Positions 62,311-64,000 of a stretch of 64,000 bases of DNA are shown here, in pieces. Source of the DNA: Chiloscyllium plagiosum (taxonomy: Eukaryota). Numbering within the stretch: position 1 is the stretch's first letter; every line of letters starts with the position of its first letter. The notes beneath the pieces are model-generated. The model worked only from the letters and a program-made list of their open reading frames with translations. It made no database searches and was not told the DNA's origin. The position numbers and the translations under genes are program-made. Where the stretch lies: positions 296,979-360,978 of the forward strand of contig NC_057751.1 in the NCBI RefSeq assembly GCF_004010195.1, in the 5' to 3' direction.

Positions 62311-62616
62311 TTGAATCTTCAGCATCAAAGCCCCAAACTAATCTTCACAATTAAAGCCATAAGTCCCTTCATTCATCTATCTTAAAGTTTTGCCTGTTCG
62401 CTTTTCAAAGTCGCTTGATTTAAAACTAAATAACAAGCAGTAAAAAATCTACATCAAATTTTGACTTCAAAACCTTCTTAATCCACACTGTCCAAAAATG
62501 TCCAAATTCCAGTTCCTGATCGTCCTTAAATATAAGTACATGTACCCGATACTACACTGACTGAATCAAGTCTTGTCCCCCTGTAGTTTGCAATAACACC
62601 AAACCCAGTCCTGTCA

Positions 62617-63115
62617 CAGAGTCATAGAGATGTACAGCACAGAAACAGACCCTTCAGTCCAACTTGTTCGTGCCGACCAGATATTCTAAATTAATCTAGT
62701 CTCATTTGCCAGCACTTGGCCTATACTCCTCTAAAGCCTCCCTCTTCGTTTACCCATCTAGATGCCTTTTACATGTTGTATTTGTACCAGCCTCCACCAC
62801 TTCCTCCAGCAGCTCATTCCATTGCCTTAGGTTCCTTTTAAATTTTCCCCCTCTCACCCTAAACCTGTACCCTCTACTTCTGGACTCCCCCACTCCAGGG
62901 AAAAGACTTTGTGTATTTACCCTATCCATGCCCCTCACGATTTAACAAACCTCTATAAGGTCACCCCTTGGCCTCTGCGGCCCTGCCTATTCAGTCTCTC
63001 CCGAAAGCTCAAACCCTCCAAACCTGGCAACATCATCTTTTCTGAATCCATTCAAGTTTCACCACACCCTTACTCTGCCAGGGAGATCAGAATTGTACAC
63101 AATATTCCAAAAGTG
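62617..63115 (-). mobile_element. CR1/HER1 3' fragment
   Basis: MRGMDRVN...SRGYRFRVRGGKFK; tail agagtcatagagatgtacagcacagaaacagacccttc. Confidence 0.9.
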
Positions 63116-63394
63116 ACAACCTTTTCAGCAGCGCGAGCCAGGGATCAGCCAGGAAGGGACGTTTCAATATAAAATACTTACCTCATGAATCAACAGAGCA
63201 AAGGCTGAATGTGAGTGGAAGCGGACACGGGTACTACTGAGTTAGTGAACTAATATATTCAGGCAGTGGCTAAACCTGAAACACTGCACATGCAGCATCT
63301 TCCTCCTCTAACCAAAAAAAAGACTCTTTTTGGAGGATGGGTAAGGAATGGATTTTTCAAATCTCTTTTGGCAATTTAGAGTAGAGGCGATAGA

Positions 63395-64000
63395 AGCTAT
63401 GGCAGTTGCATGTTCCTCTTGCAGGATTTGGGAAGTAAGGGTCACCTTAGTGTCCCTGCTGACTTCCCCTGTGGGACGTTTACCCAACCCCAGCTCCTCC
63501 CAGACCGCGTTAGGGAAGTGGGGCTGGAATTGGATGAACTTTGGACTATTCTGGAGGCTGAGGGGGTGATAGAGAGGAGTTACAGGGAGGTAGTCACACC
63601 TAAGTTACAGGATAAATGTAGCTGGGTGACTGCAAGGAGAGGAAAAGGAGATAGGTAGTCCTCAGTCAGTGCATGGGTTCCCTGTGGCCGTCTCCCTCAA
63701 TAATAAGTATACCACTTTGGATACTGTTGGAGGGGACGACCTTTCAGGGGAAAGCCACAGTGGTCAGGTCTCTGGCACTGAGCCTGCTCTGTGGCTCAGA
63801 AGGAAAGGGGAGAGAATAGTGATAGGAGATTCAATGGTGAGGGGAACAGACAGGAGATTCTGTGGTCGTGAACGAGACTCCTGGATAATATGTTGCCTCC
63901 TGGGTGCCAGGTCAGGGATGTTGCGGATCGAGTCTACAAGATTCTTAAGGGGGAGGGTGAACAGCCAGAAGTTTTGGTACACATCGGTACCTAGGACATT
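63395..64000 (+). mobile_element. CR1 ORF1 region (Cys motif + SGNH esterase-like), runs off the window
   Basis: AVACSSCRIWE; VIGDSMVRGTDRRFCG...CCLLGARV...VLVHIGT. Confidence 0.85.

Overview
Vertebrate genomic DNA, almost certainly from a shark. That is inferred from HE1-type V-SINEs with (TCTAA)n tails, HER1/CR1 LINEs, DeuSINE-like elements and Penelope-like elements (PLEs). Most of the window is interspersed repeat, and nearly all ORFs in the supplied track are repeat-derived or spurious. Two spliced genes lie in tandem on the minus strand, reconstructed by hand from splice sites and reading phase. (1) The last five coding exons of a calcineurin A catalytic subunit (59808 down to 48954), assigned to PPP3CC by diagnostic residues and synteny. 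Its last exon continues 117 aa past the autoinhibitory domain as a Pro/Gln/Ala-rich tail with a (QA/RA)13 repeat. (2) The 5' coding exons of SORBS3/vinexin, including the SoHo domain (7307 down to 698; the gene continues beyond position 1). The most striking non-genic signal is a set of very short, target-site-duplicated insertions made only of the PLE terminal repeat. Most carry a minimal hammerhead-ribozyme motif, and some form near-perfect palindromes centred on the hammerhead core. There are also two local inverted duplications, a probable solo LTR nested in a PLE, a young 2.9-kb CR1 and a 397-N gap. Repeat boundaries are approximate, and family names come from recalled consensus features, not from a database search.
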